This document shows positions 33,541-42,961 of a stretch of DNA of 64,000 bases, piece by piece. Each line of letters starts with the position of its first letter. The first letter of the stretch is position 1. The stretch is from Desulfosudaceae bacterium. Lineage in GTDB: Bacteria; Desulfobacterota; Desulfobacteria; Desulfobacterales; Desulfosudaceae. Location: positions 1,984,001 to 2,048,000 of the forward strand of contig CAXXDV010000001.1 of the NCBI GenBank assembly GCA_963674745.2. Direction: 5' to 3'. The notes under the pieces were generated by a model. That model was given only the letters and a program-made list of their open reading frames with translations. It did not search any database and was not told the DNA's origin. A program made the position numbers and the translations under genes.

Positions 33541-33769
33541 GCTCCTCCTGTACCCCGCTTGACAATATAAATAATCAGCCCCTCAACTGATTCGTACCAT
33601 GATCTTTGTCTGAGCCGAACGGTTCAACCGCCGCAAAAAAGAACATTGTTTATTCAGCCCCCAAACGGAATAAACAAAAAAGTCGCATAGTTTGTCAATT
33701 AAAAATATCAATAGCATCAAATTTATAGACATGAAAACGTATGCCTGAAGGCGGTTTGTCGGACACCTT

Positions 33770-34390
33770 TTAATCCAGCTTCGGCAAAATGGATGCATTA
33801 TAGAAATCAAATAGTTTCTGCCGGAATATTTTGATATTATAAACAATATCAGTCCCAGCCGTATGGCCGGGGTCATCACTGATAATTTTGAAAACATGGC
33901 ACGGGACATTCAATGTCCGGCAGGTCTGTACTACCGATGCCGCTTCCATGTCTACCAGTTCGGCCAGGGCGGATAATCGCTTTCTGTCCTCGGGGGCGAT
34001 CACAGGCCTGTCCCCGGTGGCCAGCACGGCGGTGTCAATCCCATCCATCTGGTCCGGTGAGTGGAAAACCGGCTTGCCGCTAAAGATGTCCGGCCGGTCG
34101 TGTTCGATGATTTTGTCGGCCTGATAGATGGCGCCGGCCGGATGCTTGGTGTCCAGGGCCCCGGCCGCGCCTATATTTATTACAGTTTTCGGCGAAAAAC
34201 CCAGAAAGCCGTAGCAGGCCGCCCCCGCTGCGTGGGTTTTTCCGATACCGGAAATGATCAGTACCTGATGTGCGTTTTTAAATACTAAAAACGGTTTTTC
34301 GCACAACTGTTCCAGGCCAAGACCGGATACAAACGGCTTTGCTTCCAGCATGGTGGCCATGACTAAAAGTTTTACAGAACGTTCGCCCAT
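33770..34390 (-). CDS. mqnB: Nucleoside phosphorylase/MTAN-like, probable (amino)futalosine hydrolase
   Basis: SGIGK, INIGAAG, VDMEAA, KIISD; last gene of the mqn operon. Symbol assigned from context. Confidence 0.65.
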   Translation of the reverse strand: MGERSVKLLVMATMLEAKPFVSGLGLEQLCEKPFLVFKNAHQVLIISGIGKTHAAGAACYGFLGFSPKTVINIGAAGALDTKHPAGAIYQADKIIEHDRPDIFSGKPVFHSPDQMDGIDTAVLATGDRPVIAPEDRKRLSALAELVDMEAASVVQTCRTLNVPCHVFKIISDDPGHTAGTDIVYNIKIFRQKLFDFYNASILPKLD

Positions 34391-35172
34391 CGGGCCATTT
34401 CCTCCAATTTGGCAATCGCACGCCGTCCCATTTCTCCCAACCCCAGAGAGAACTCATTTACATACAGTTTGATATGTTCGGCAATAACATTGTCATCGAT
34501 TTCCTGGGCGTGTTTTTTTATATAATTACGGGATTCTTCCGGATGATTGAAGGCATAGTGGATAGAGTCTTTCAGCGCTGTCTGGACGGCCGGTTTATGC
34601 TCGATGGTCGGGCTGGAATTTTTTATGGCAATGCATCCCAGCGGAATCGGCAGGCCGGTCCGTTCTTCCCACCATTGGCCGAGATCCACGATTTCCCGGC
34701 AACCATATTCCTGGTAAACAAACCGGCCCTCGTGAATGATCAGTCCGGCGTCATAGGCGCCCTCGGCCACGCCCTTTAAAATGTTGTCAAAGCGGGTGAC
34801 AACAGTGTTATGGGCGTTCAGGTTCCATAATTTCAAAAGCAGGTTGGCCGTAGTCAGCGCGCCGGGAATGGCGATGGTCGCCTCAGGTGTGAAGGCTTCC
34901 GGGTTTTTGGCCACCAGCAACGGACCGCAGCCGAAGCCCAGGGCCGCGCCGGAATCCAGCAGGGTATATTGATCTTTTAATTTCAGGTACGCGAAAAAAG
35001 AGAGTTTGGTGATGTCAAAACGCTCGGAAAAAGCGAAAATATTTAGCGCGCCGATGTCGTGCAGGTGGGGCGTGAAGGTCAATCCGCCGTTATCCGTTAA
35101 TCCCTGAACCATGGCGTGAAACATGAATGTATCGTTGGGGCAGGGCGAGAAGGCCAGATCGAGTTGCGTCAT
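34372..35172 (-). CDS. mqnD: 1,4-dihydroxy-6-naphthoate synthase
   Basis: FSPCPNDTFMF, GAALGFGCGPL, GLIIHEGRF, LPIPLG, HIKLYVNEFS. Confidence 0.93.
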   Translation of the reverse strand: MTQLDLAFSPCPNDTFMFHAMVQGLTDNGGLTFTPHLHDIGALNIFAFSERFDITKLSFFAYLKLKDQYTLLDSGAALGFGCGPLLVAKNPEAFTPEATIAIPGALTTANLLLKLWNLNAHNTVVTRFDNILKGVAEGAYDAGLIIHEGRFVYQEYGCREIVDLGQWWEERTGLPIPLGCIAIKNSSPTIEHKPAVQTALKDSIHYAFNHPEESRNYIKKHAQEIDDNVIAEHIKLYVNEFSLGLGEMGRRAIAKLEEMARWANVL

Positions 35173-35891
35173 GACACGTCCTTTTTAGCGGTAATGATTG
35201 CCGCCACGCCGAAGCATTGGGGAATCACCCTGGTGGCTTTAAATCCGTGTCCGGATAACATTTCTTTGATTTCCTCCGGCCGGATAAAAGTGGAAATGGT
35301 CCCGGCCAGATACTGATAGGCTTCAGGGTGGCCCGACACCAGGCCGCCGATTATCGGCAGCAGCCGGGTCAGGTAAAAGGTATAGCCGAAATTTATCAAA
35401 GCGTTCCGGGGTCGTGTCAGTTCCAGGATAACCAGCTCACCTCCGGGTGCCAGTACGCGGAAGACTTCGTCCATGAACACATTAATATCGGGAATGTTGC
35501 GAATGCCGAAAGCGATTGTGGCCACGGCAAAAGTATTGTCAACAAACGGCAGGCAGGTCGCGTCCCCGGCCACGGGAAAGCGGGTGATGGCTTGTTTGGC
35601 AACACCCCTTTCCAGCATGGGCAGGGAAAAATCCAGCGAAACCACAGACGCGCCCCGGCCGGTCATCAGGCGGGACAGGTCGCCGGTGCCGCAGGCCATG
35701 TCTATTACGGTTTTATCGTTTATGCTTTGAATATGCTTAAAAATGTTTTTTCGCCAGAGGATATCCGTGCCGAACGACAACATGTGGTTGAGCAGGTCAT
35801 AGGTGGGCACGATCCTGTCGAACAGGGAACGGATAAACCGTTTTCTTTCCTGCGGTGACTGGTTGTTGATCTGGTAGGTATAGTCAGGCAT
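35169..35891 (-). CDS. menG: Demethylmenaquinone methyltransferase (UbiE/MenG)
   Basis: YDLLNHMLSFG, DMACGTGD, FGIRN, AYQYL. Confidence 0.9.
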   Translation of the reverse strand: MPDYTYQINNQSPQERKRFIRSLFDRIVPTYDLLNHMLSFGTDILWRKNIFKHIQSINDKTVIDMACGTGDLSRLMTGRGASVVSLDFSLPMLERGVAKQAITRFPVAGDATCLPFVDNTFAVATIAFGIRNIPDINVFMDEVFRVLAPGGELVILELTRPRNALINFGYTFYLTRLLPIIGGLVSGHPEAYQYLAGTISTFIRPEEIKEMLSGHGFKATRVIPQCFGVAAIITAKKDVS

Positions 35892-35899
35892 ATTTTAAA

Positions 35900-36122
35900 A
35901 AGGGTTCAAGGGGTCGAGGATTCAAGTGGTTTAAGGATAACCAGACCATCAATTTACAACTCCGTTTGCTGATTTTTTGAGATTGTAACAGTGGTTACGA
36001 AAAAATTTCAATCACTTTCAGTTATTTTTGCTCGGGCTTATTGGTCCAACAATGACCTTTTAATAAAATCTTTCAGTGGTTCCACCCCTCGACCCCTTGA
36101 ATCCTTGGCCCCTTGAACCCTT
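35900..36122. repeat. Inverted pair of octamer tandem arrays enclosing ~145 bp AT-rich spacer
   Basis: aagggttc aaggggtc gaggattc aagtggtt ... ccacccctc gacccctt gaatcctt ggcccctt gaaccctt. Confidence 0.85.
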
Positions 36123-36170
36123 AGGGGTTACGGGTGTCATGCCTTACGTTAACCTGATCCAGAACTTTTG

Positions 36171-37229
36171 CTAAAACTTTTGCACAGTCCGGTACAGCGA
36201 ATCCCTTTGCACCGGTTTTTTCCCCGTGCTACGGATCAGCGAAATCATTTCATCACGGGTGGTCTGCGTTTCAATGCCGGTTGCTTTGACGACCACCTCT
36301 TCGGTCAGCACGCCGCCCATGTCATTGGCACCGAAAGAAAGCGCGATCTGGCCCAGGCGCAGGCCTTCGGTCAGCCAGCCGGCCTGGATATAGCGGATAT
36401 TGTCCAGAAAGATGCGGGCAATGGCCACAATTTTCAGATAATCCACGCCTGTTGCCGGTATAATGTGGCTCAACCGGGTGCGGGCCGGTGAAAAAGACCA
36501 GGGGATGAAGGCCTGGAGGTTGCCGGTCCGGTCGGCCACCTTGCGGACCACCGCCAGGTGGGTGATTTTTTCTTTGTCGGTTTCGCCCATACCGTAGGTC
36601 ATGGTGGCCGAAGAGGGGAGCCCCTCTTCGGCCAGGCAGAATTGCACCTCGCACCATTGGGCCACGGTCAGCTTGTTGGGGCTGACTGCCTGACGGATGC
36701 GGTCCACCAGCAGGTCTGAAGCGCCGGGCATGGAGTCCAGACCGGCGGCTTTCAGGGCGCTGATCACCTCCCGCAGGTGTATCCGCTCTTTTTGGGCGAT
36801 GTGAACCACTTCGGCCGGTGAAAATGAATGCAGCCAGATGTGGGGAAACCGGGCTTTGACGGTTTCAACCAACTCTATATATCGTTTCAAATCATAATCC
36901 GGGTGTAGTCCGCCCTGGAGCATTACCTGGGTGCCGCCCGCTTCGACCAGTTCCTCGATTTTGTCGAGAATTTCTTCCAGCCCCATCTCATAAGGCGCGA
37001 TCAATTCGGCCCGGGCATGAAAGGCGCAAAAGGCGCAACAGGCCCGGCATATGTTGGTGAAATTGATTATCCGGTCCACGATAAAGCCGATGGTGTCTTC
37101 GGGATGGGCCAGGTGCGTCCGGAAATCCGCGGCCCGACCCAAATCAAGCAGGTCCCAGGAAAACAGCTTCAGCGCCTCTTCATCGTTCAATCGCTGCCCG
37201 TCATATATTTTTTTTAATAACCTGTCCAT
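36171..37229 (-). CDS. mqnC: Cyclic dehypoxanthine futalosine synthase (radical SAM)
   Basis: VDRIINFTNICRACCAFCAF, LQGGLHP, SATMTYG, FIPWSF, QAGWLT, FGANDMG. Confidence 0.88.
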   Translation of the reverse strand: MDRLLKKIYDGQRLNDEEALKLFSWDLLDLGRAADFRTHLAHPEDTIGFIVDRIINFTNICRACCAFCAFHARAELIAPYEMGLEEILDKIEELVEAGGTQVMLQGGLHPDYDLKRYIELVETVKARFPHIWLHSFSPAEVVHIAQKERIHLREVISALKAAGLDSMPGASDLLVDRIRQAVSPNKLTVAQWCEVQFCLAEEGLPSSATMTYGMGETDKEKITHLAVVRKVADRTGNLQAFIPWSFSPARTRLSHIIPATGVDYLKIVAIARIFLDNIRYIQAGWLTEGLRLGQIALSFGANDMGGVLTEEVVVKATGIETQTTRDEMISLIRSTGKKPVQRDSLYRTVQKF

Positions 37230-37235
37230 TCGACC

Positions 37236-37305
37236 TTAAAACCTTAATATGTAAAACCTGAAACCTTTAACCCTCAGCCCGTCAATCCTTAACCACATAA
37301 TTAAA
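37236..37305. repeat. Mixed hepta/octamer tandem array upstream of mqnC
   Basis: ttaaaacc ttaatat gtaaaac ctgaaac ctttaac ... tcaatcct taaccaca taatt. Confidence 0.7.
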
Positions 37306-37321
37306 CGCCGAACCTGTAGAA

Positions 37322-37585
37322 TCAACCCGCTCCAATTATATGCTTTTTGTATTGCAGGTAAATCCAGTGAAATGTCAGGATCGTCACAACCAAAGCGGTT
37401 ACAATGGATAAACCGGTAATTATTCCAGCAGCCGTTGACCCTAACAGCAGGTAAAACAGGCCCCCGTAAAAAAACCCAATGACCACCCAAAACAATCTGA
37501 AAAAGGTGATAAAGAGAATGGGAGACAAACACCAGAACAATATTTTCAGTGTTTTTTTTTCGTCCATCAATGACATCGATATCAA
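37322..37585 (-). CDS. Small hypothetical membrane protein (2-3 TM)
   Basis: 87 aa, strongly hydrophobic, AT-rich, inserted between mqnA and mqnC. Confidence 0.6.
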   Translation of the reverse strand: MISMSLMDEKKTLKILFWCLSPILFITFFRLFWVVIGFFYGGLFYLLLGSTAAGIITGLSIVTALVVTILTFHWIYLQYKKHIIGAG

Positions 37586-37630
37586 GCCGCATTAAAATTT
37601 TTTTTGATTTTAGCGGTGCCCGTTATTCTC

Positions 37631-37731
37631 TAAACACATAACCAACTAACCACCTAAAACCTAAAACTTTAAAACCCGGCCTATCAACCCCTCAATCCTT
37701 AACCACATAATCACTTAATCACATAACCACA
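37631..37731. repeat. Mixed hepta/octamer tandem array downstream of mqnA
   Basis: taaacaca taaccaac taaccacc taaaacc taaaact ... tcaatcct taaccaca taatcact taatcaca taaccaca. Confidence 0.8.
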
Positions 37732-37735
37732 TCTG

Positions 37736-38548
37736 TTATTCAAAAAATCGCAACTCCCGCACCGGCTTGATCAGTCCCAATCCTGAGGCCTGTTCAAAAT
37801 AAAACATCAGCGCCGCCTTGAGCCGGTCGGTAAATTCAAATTTAAGGGTTTTATAGTATTCATCCAGGTCGTATAACACATCGTCATATTTTTGCGCAGC
37901 CTTGCGAATAATCAGATCTCTCTGGTTTCTCAAGCAACCCAGGGATAAATGATAGGAGTCGATAACCGTTTTGACCTGTGGCAGATAACGGTCTGTTGCC
38001 TGTCTGCGTACGGCAAATACCGCGAACACAACGGGATAGCCCGTTTTTCTCAGCCACAGGTCCCCCAGGTCATAACGGTAGGGCACCGGCCGGGTGGCGC
38101 AGACCATGGCATCGTTGCCGATCAGCAGGGCCGCATCCAGCCCTTCCAGGCTCGGTCGGGGGGTGGTGGTGACATAGGTCGGGTCGGCCTGGTAATAGGC
38201 TTTCAGCAATGTTTTTAACAGCACTGCCGATGTGTGGGAGGCGCTGGTCACCCCCACGGTTTTTCCGTCCAGTTCTTCAATGGGGCACCGGGCGGCCAGG
38301 GTAACCGACCCCACGTAACCGATAGAACTGAGGCAGAAGTCGGGCAGCACCATGATATCATTGCAGATATCGGCGCAGGTCGCCGAAGAGACGGGGCTCA
38401 TGTCCAGGTCACCGGCGGCCATCAGGGTATTTAGTTTGCCCGGATAGCCCGGGACCACCGTTACATTGTCAAGCGGCACCTGTTCAAACATGTGGTAGTA
38501 GAACGGGTAGCAGTTTAAAAAATCGATATAGCCGAGTTTCATTGTCAA
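37736..38548 (-). CDS. mqnA: Chorismate dehydratase
   Basis: GYIDFLNCYP, GYVGSV, SHTS, LLIGNDA, DLGDLW...PVVFAVF. Confidence 0.9.
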   Translation of the reverse strand: MTMKLGYIDFLNCYPFYYHMFEQVPLDNVTVVPGYPGKLNTLMAAGDLDMSPVSSATCADICNDIMVLPDFCLSSIGYVGSVTLAARCPIEELDGKTVGVTSASHTSAVLLKTLLKAYYQADPTYVTTTPRPSLEGLDAALLIGNDAMVCATRPVPYRYDLGDLWLRKTGYPVVFAVFAVRRQATDRYLPQVKTVIDSYHLSLGCLRNQRDLIIRKAAQKYDDVLYDLDEYYKTLKFEFTDRLKAALMFYFEQASGLGLIKPVRELRFFE

Positions 38549-39627
38549 TATCCTGCGGTTACTCTTTCTGGTATAAACCCCGCGTTTTCAATCAGTCGTC
38601 TTAAAAACGCCTCGGACCCGTAATCCGGCGTGGTGGCACCGGCGGCATGAACCACTTTTTCCTGGTGATAGGTGCCCCCGATATCGTCTACCCCGAAGTT
38701 CTGCATCACCTGGCCGACCTTGTCACCTAAATACATCCAAAGTCCCTTAATATGGGGGACATTATGCAGAACAATCCGGGACGCGGCATAAATTCGGATA
38801 TCATTATACCCGCTTGAATCGGTTTTCTCCTTGATCTGCGTATTCTCTCCATGAAAGCGTAACGGCACAAAAGTTTTAAACCCGCCGGTCTGGTCTTGAA
38901 GCCGGCGTATCCGCAGCAGGTGATCAGCGATGTTGCCCGAGCTTTCCAGATGATTATAAAGCATGGTGGCATTGGTTTTCAGGCCCAGCCTGTGGGCGAT
39001 GCCCATGACTTCCAGCCAGCGGTCTCCGGAAATTTTTTTAGGTGCGATTCTTCTTCTGACATCAGGCGAAAAAATTTCCGCGCCGCCGCCGGGGATAGCG
39101 TTGACCCCGGCGTCAATCAGCCGTTTGAGCACCTGCTCCACGGACAAATCGCTTTTATGCGCGAAATAATCATATTCCACGGCCGTAAAAGCCACGATGT
39201 ACAGGTCAGGACCGGTTTGCCGCACGGTTTTAATCATCTTCTCCGCGTAATCAAGGTCAAGGTCCGGATGAAGCCCGCCCACGATGTGGATTTCATCAAG
39301 GCCGTCTGTCACTGCTGCGGAGACGGCCTGTTCGATCTCTTCCAGACTGAGCAGATAAGCGCCTTCCTCTCCCGGGTCTTTGGAAAAAGCGCATAACGGG
39401 CAGCGCAGAACACAGATGTTGGTGTAGTTCAGGTTCCGGTTGATCCCATAGAAGGTGGTCCGGCCGTGCAGTCGCGTGCGGATATGATGGGCCATGGCGC
39501 CCAGGTCAAGAATGTCGTTGCAGGTCAGCATGGTCAGGGCGTCGGCCGAAGACACCGGCCGCTGCTCCACGATTTTTCGGGCAATGCTTCTCAAATCGCG
39601 GTTTTTGATGATATCAGGCAAAGACAT
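38545..39627 (-). CDS. mqnE: Aminofutalosine synthase (radical SAM)
   Basis: NLNYTNICVLRCPLCAF, EIHIVGGLHP, AFTAVE, PGGGAEIF, NATML, LQDQTGGF, HIKGLW, HAAGA. Confidence 0.88.
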   Translation of the reverse strand: MSLPDIIKNRDLRSIARKIVEQRPVSSADALTMLTCNDILDLGAMAHHIRTRLHGRTTFYGINRNLNYTNICVLRCPLCAFSKDPGEEGAYLLSLEEIEQAVSAAVTDGLDEIHIVGGLHPDLDLDYAEKMIKTVRQTGPDLYIVAFTAVEYDYFAHKSDLSVEQVLKRLIDAGVNAIPGGGAEIFSPDVRRRIAPKKISGDRWLEVMGIAHRLGLKTNATMLYNHLESSGNIADHLLRIRRLQDQTGGFKTFVPLRFHGENTQIKEKTDSSGYNDIRIYAASRIVLHNVPHIKGLWMYLGDKVGQVMQNFGVDDIGGTYHQEKVVHAAGATTPDYGSEAFLRRLIENAGFIPERVTAGY

Positions 39628-39681
39628 TGTTTTCTTTCGTCATTGCCCGAATCGATCGGGCAATCCAGAATAAAATCGGTT

Positions 39682-40287
39682 TTATTGTACTTCTTCGGTT
39701 CCCCATTCAGGGAAGAGCGCGTGCGGCTTGCCTAAAAGGTTCAAAACCTTTCCCACCACGAAATTCACCACGTCTTCCACGGTCTTTGGCCGGGTGTAAA
39801 ATCCGGGCACCGGCGGCAGCACTTCCACCCCTGCTTTTGCCACCTGGTACATGTTTTTAATATGAATCAGGTTTAACGGTGTTTCCCGGGGGACGATGAT
39901 ACAGCGCCGTTTTTCCTTCAGGGCCACGTCACAGATCCTGTTGATCAGGGTGTCGGCATACCCGCCGGCCATGGCGGCCATTGTTTTCATGGAACAGGGC
40001 ATCACCACCACGGCCTCAAAATTCGCGGTGCCACTGGCCACCGGCGCGAAAAAGTCGTTGTTATCAAATTCCTTCAGCCCCGACCGGTCCGGCACCCGGT
40101 TCCGTTGCTTGATGATATTCCTGATGCCGGTGAAAGGCGTGTTTGATCTGAGCACTTCATGCATAATGATCTGCCGGGCGGCCGGCGAGACCACAGCCAT
40201 GACCTCTTCGTTTAAGAGCAGTAACTCCTCGATCAGGCGAATGCCCATGATCGGCCCACTGGCCCCTGAAATCCCCACAACAATCAT
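39682..40287 (-). CDS. ubiX: Flavin prenyltransferase
   Basis: GISGASG, PVASG, PCSMKT, DVALKEKR, PRETPL, PGFY. Confidence 0.93.
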   Translation of the reverse strand: MIVVGISGASGPIMGIRLIEELLLLNEEVMAVVSPAARQIIMHEVLRSNTPFTGIRNIIKQRNRVPDRSGLKEFDNNDFFAPVASGTANFEAVVVMPCSMKTMAAMAGGYADTLINRICDVALKEKRRCIIVPRETPLNLIHIKNMYQVAKAGVEVLPPVPGFYTRPKTVEDVVNFVVGKVLNLLGKPHALFPEWGTEEVQ

Positions 40288-40398
40288 TCCTTACTCCTTC
40301 CTTCTTCACCAAACATGTAAAAACTGAATTCAGAAAAATAACCTTTCCCCAATTCCGGACAATATTTGCCCCGATAGGACAGGCACCATCAACTGATT

Positions 40399-40431
40399 TA
40401 ATCACCTAACCACTTAACCACATAATCACCT
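40399..40431. repeat. Octamer tandem array after ubiA-like stop
   Basis: taatcacc taaccact taaccaca taatcacc. Confidence 0.7.
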
Positions 40432-40438
40432 GTCGCGT

Positions 40439-41278
40439 TCAAACCCAAAGATCCATCAATGCACCGACAAATAATATCGGCGCGATATACCCATTGATTT
40501 TGAATATTTTTCCCACCGCCGGACCGGCCTCGGCCTGCCTGGCCAGTGACTGTTGATAAAAGAAAATCCCAGCGATCACCACCAGGGCGACCCAGTACGG
40601 TCCGCTCTGTCCGGACATCATTCCGGCCAGAATCATGGCTGCCATGGACACGGCATAACACACGGCCGATACCCTCAACGACCGGTCCCGGCCAAGGCTC
40701 ACCGGCAGGGAATACAGATTCTGCTCGCGGTCAAAATCCATGTCCTGCAGGGCGTACACAATATCAAGCCCGGCAATCCAGGCCAGGATAATCAGGCCCA
40801 GTATGACCGCCAGAAAGGTGACTTCGCCGGTTACGGCCAGATACCCGCCGATGGGCGCGGCCGCTTCGATCAGGCCCAGGTAAAAATGAGAGGTCGATGA
40901 AAAGCGTTTGAAAAAAGAGTACGTCAATAAAAGGAATACGCCCAGAAACGACAGGTAAAAACACAGGGGGTTGAGCATCCAGGCCGAAAAAACAAATATC
41001 AGGCAGGCCGCCACAGCCGCCAGCCAGACCGCCTTCGGGCTGACTTCTCCCTTTGGTAGCGCCCGGTCGGCCGTACGCGGATTTTTAGCGTCAATGCCGG
41101 CGTCAATCACCCGGTTAAAAGACATGCCTGCTGTCCGGGCCGCGGCCAGGGCAACCGTCACCCAGAGCCAGGTTCCGACCGTTCCCCCGCCGGCAAACAG
41201 CACCCCCAGCAGGGCAAAGGGCAGGGCGAACAGGGTCTGTTCGATCATGATAACCTTGGAAAATGTTTTAAAATCCAT
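40439..41278 (-). CDS. UbiA-family prenyltransferase of futalosine pathway (MqnP-like)
   Basis: EQTLFALPF, ARTAGMSFNRVIDAGIDAKNPRT, YSFFKRF, DIVYALQD. ATG 41278 overlaps the ubiD-like stop. Confidence 0.88.
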   Translation of the reverse strand: MDFKTFSKVIMIEQTLFALPFALLGVLFAGGGTVGTWLWVTVALAAARTAGMSFNRVIDAGIDAKNPRTADRALPKGEVSPKAVWLAAVAACLIFVFSAWMLNPLCFYLSFLGVFLLLTYSFFKRFSSTSHFYLGLIEAAAPIGGYLAVTGEVTFLAVILGLIILAWIAGLDIVYALQDMDFDREQNLYSLPVSLGRDRSLRVSAVCYAVSMAAMILAGMMSGQSGPYWVALVVIAGIFFYQQSLARQAEAGPAVGKIFKINGYIAPILFVGALMDLWV

Positions 41279-42710
41279 ATGCCTTCCACCGCCGGGCGAC
41301 CATGTCTTTAATGTCGGTCGACATGGTGATTTCTTCCGGCCAGATCCGGCCCATGCCTTCTTCGGTTGTCTTGCGGGTGGCGTCCAGCCCCATCTTTCCC
41401 CCGAAGTTGGGGTACGGCGCGGAATGGTCCAGGGCGTCCAGGGGGCCTTCGGAAAAAAGGATGTCACGCCGGGGATCGACGTTGTTGAGCAGTTTCCAGA
41501 CTACCGTGGATGAATCCCGCAGATCGATGTCTCTGTCAAATACGATGATAAATTTGGTCGAGGCCATCTGGCCCAGGCCCCACAGGGCGTTGATCACCTT
41601 TTTTGCCTGGCCGGGATGTTTTTTATCAATGGAGACCAGAGCACAGTTGTGAAAAACGCCTTCAAAGGGCAGTTCCATGTCGACGATTTCCGGTACCACC
41701 ATTTTGAGCATGGGCAAAAACAGCCGTTCGGTGGCCTTGGCCATGTAGCAGTCCTCCATGGGCGGTTTGCCTACCACTGTGGCCGGATACACGGCGTCTT
41801 TGCGACAGGTGATGCAGGTCACATGAAAAACCGGGTACATGTCCGCCGGTGAATAAAAACCCGTGTGGTCGCCAAAGGGGCCTTCGATCCGTTCTTCTTC
41901 CGGATCCACGTAACCCTCGATCACAAAATCGGATTCCGCCGGTACATACAGGTCAACGGTTTTGCCTTTAACGATTTCAATGGCCCTGTTATTGACAAAC
42001 CCGGCCAGGATCATTTCGTCAATGTCCGGTGGCAGAGGCGCGGTGGCGGCATAGGTCACGGCCGGCGACCCGCCCAAAGCCACGGCCACGTCCATGCGTT
42101 TTTTCGCATTGCGGTAACGGTCATAATGCCGGGCGCCGTCTTTGTTATACTGCCAGTGCATGCCGGTGGTGGCCTGGTCATACTTGTGCATGCGGTACAT
42201 ACCCAGGTTCTGGCCGTTGCCGTCAGGGTCTTTGGTAATGACGATGGGCAGGGTGACAAACGGACCGCCGTCTTTGGGCCAGCAGGTCAGAATCGGCAGC
42301 AGGTCGAGCAGACCGCTGTCCGGCCCGTGAACCACTTCCTGGCAGGGTGCTGATTTGACTTTTTTAGGAAAGATATCGGCCAGTTCTTTTAACGTAAACA
42401 ACGTCTTGATCTTTCCGGCAATTCCTTCCGGCGGTTTTGTCTTCAAATACGTTTCAATCCTGGCCGCCACTTCATCCACCGGCCGGTTGTCAAACACCAT
42501 CTCCATTCGGCCCATGCTGCCAAAGGCATTGACCAGCACCGGGTAGTCCGATCCCTTCACCTTTTCAAATAACACCGCCGGCCCGTGTTCCTTGGATACC
42601 CGGTCGGCAATCTCGGTGATTTCAAGCATCGGGTCCACCTCAACACCCACTCGTATCAGTTCGCCCCTTGCCTCCAGGGCCGCGATAAACTGTTTTAAGT
42701 TCTGCATCAT
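41268..42710 (-). CDS. UbiD-family menaquinone biosynthesis decarboxylase (MqnL-like)
   Basis: EITEIADR, WPKDGG, NLGMYR, EGPFGDHTGFY, TVVGKPPMED, LDHS, KMGLDAT. Confidence 0.9.
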   Translation of the reverse strand: MMQNLKQFIAALEARGELIRVGVEVDPMLEITEIADRVSKEHGPAVLFEKVKGSDYPVLVNAFGSMGRMEMVFDNRPVDEVAARIETYLKTKPPEGIAGKIKTLFTLKELADIFPKKVKSAPCQEVVHGPDSGLLDLLPILTCWPKDGGPFVTLPIVITKDPDGNGQNLGMYRMHKYDQATTGMHWQYNKDGARHYDRYRNAKKRMDVAVALGGSPAVTYAATAPLPPDIDEMILAGFVNNRAIEIVKGKTVDLYVPAESDFVIEGYVDPEEERIEGPFGDHTGFYSPADMYPVFHVTCITCRKDAVYPATVVGKPPMEDCYMAKATERLFLPMLKMVVPEIVDMELPFEGVFHNCALVSIDKKHPGQAKKVINALWGLGQMASTKFIIVFDRDIDLRDSSTVVWKLLNNVDPRRDILFSEGPLDALDHSAPYPNFGGKMGLDATRKTTEEGMGRIWPEEITMSTDIKDMVARRWKAYGF

Positions 42711-42776
42711 GGCCGGTTCCTTACGGTGTGTATCCCTTTGAGATTGTTCTGTATTCTTGATAAAATTAAAAAATTT

Positions 42777-42805
42777 ATTGTACGTGGACGGGCGCCCGAT
42801 GTCAA
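42777..42805 (-). promoter_or_regulatory. sigma70 promoter of the mqn operon
   Basis: Minus strand TTGACA-17 nt-TACAAT ~65 nt upstream of the ubiD-like start. Confidence 0.7.
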
Positions 42806-42961
42806 GGTAATAACAGGCCCTCAAGGCGGGCCGGGACCCGGTAAAAATCAATATTGGGTCGACAAGCGATACTTTCTTAATATAATCTGTAATTTCAGTA
42901 TCTGAACTGCCCGGGTAAAGAAAATCTGAGGGGCGGGGATAACTTCAAAGGGGGCGATCCA

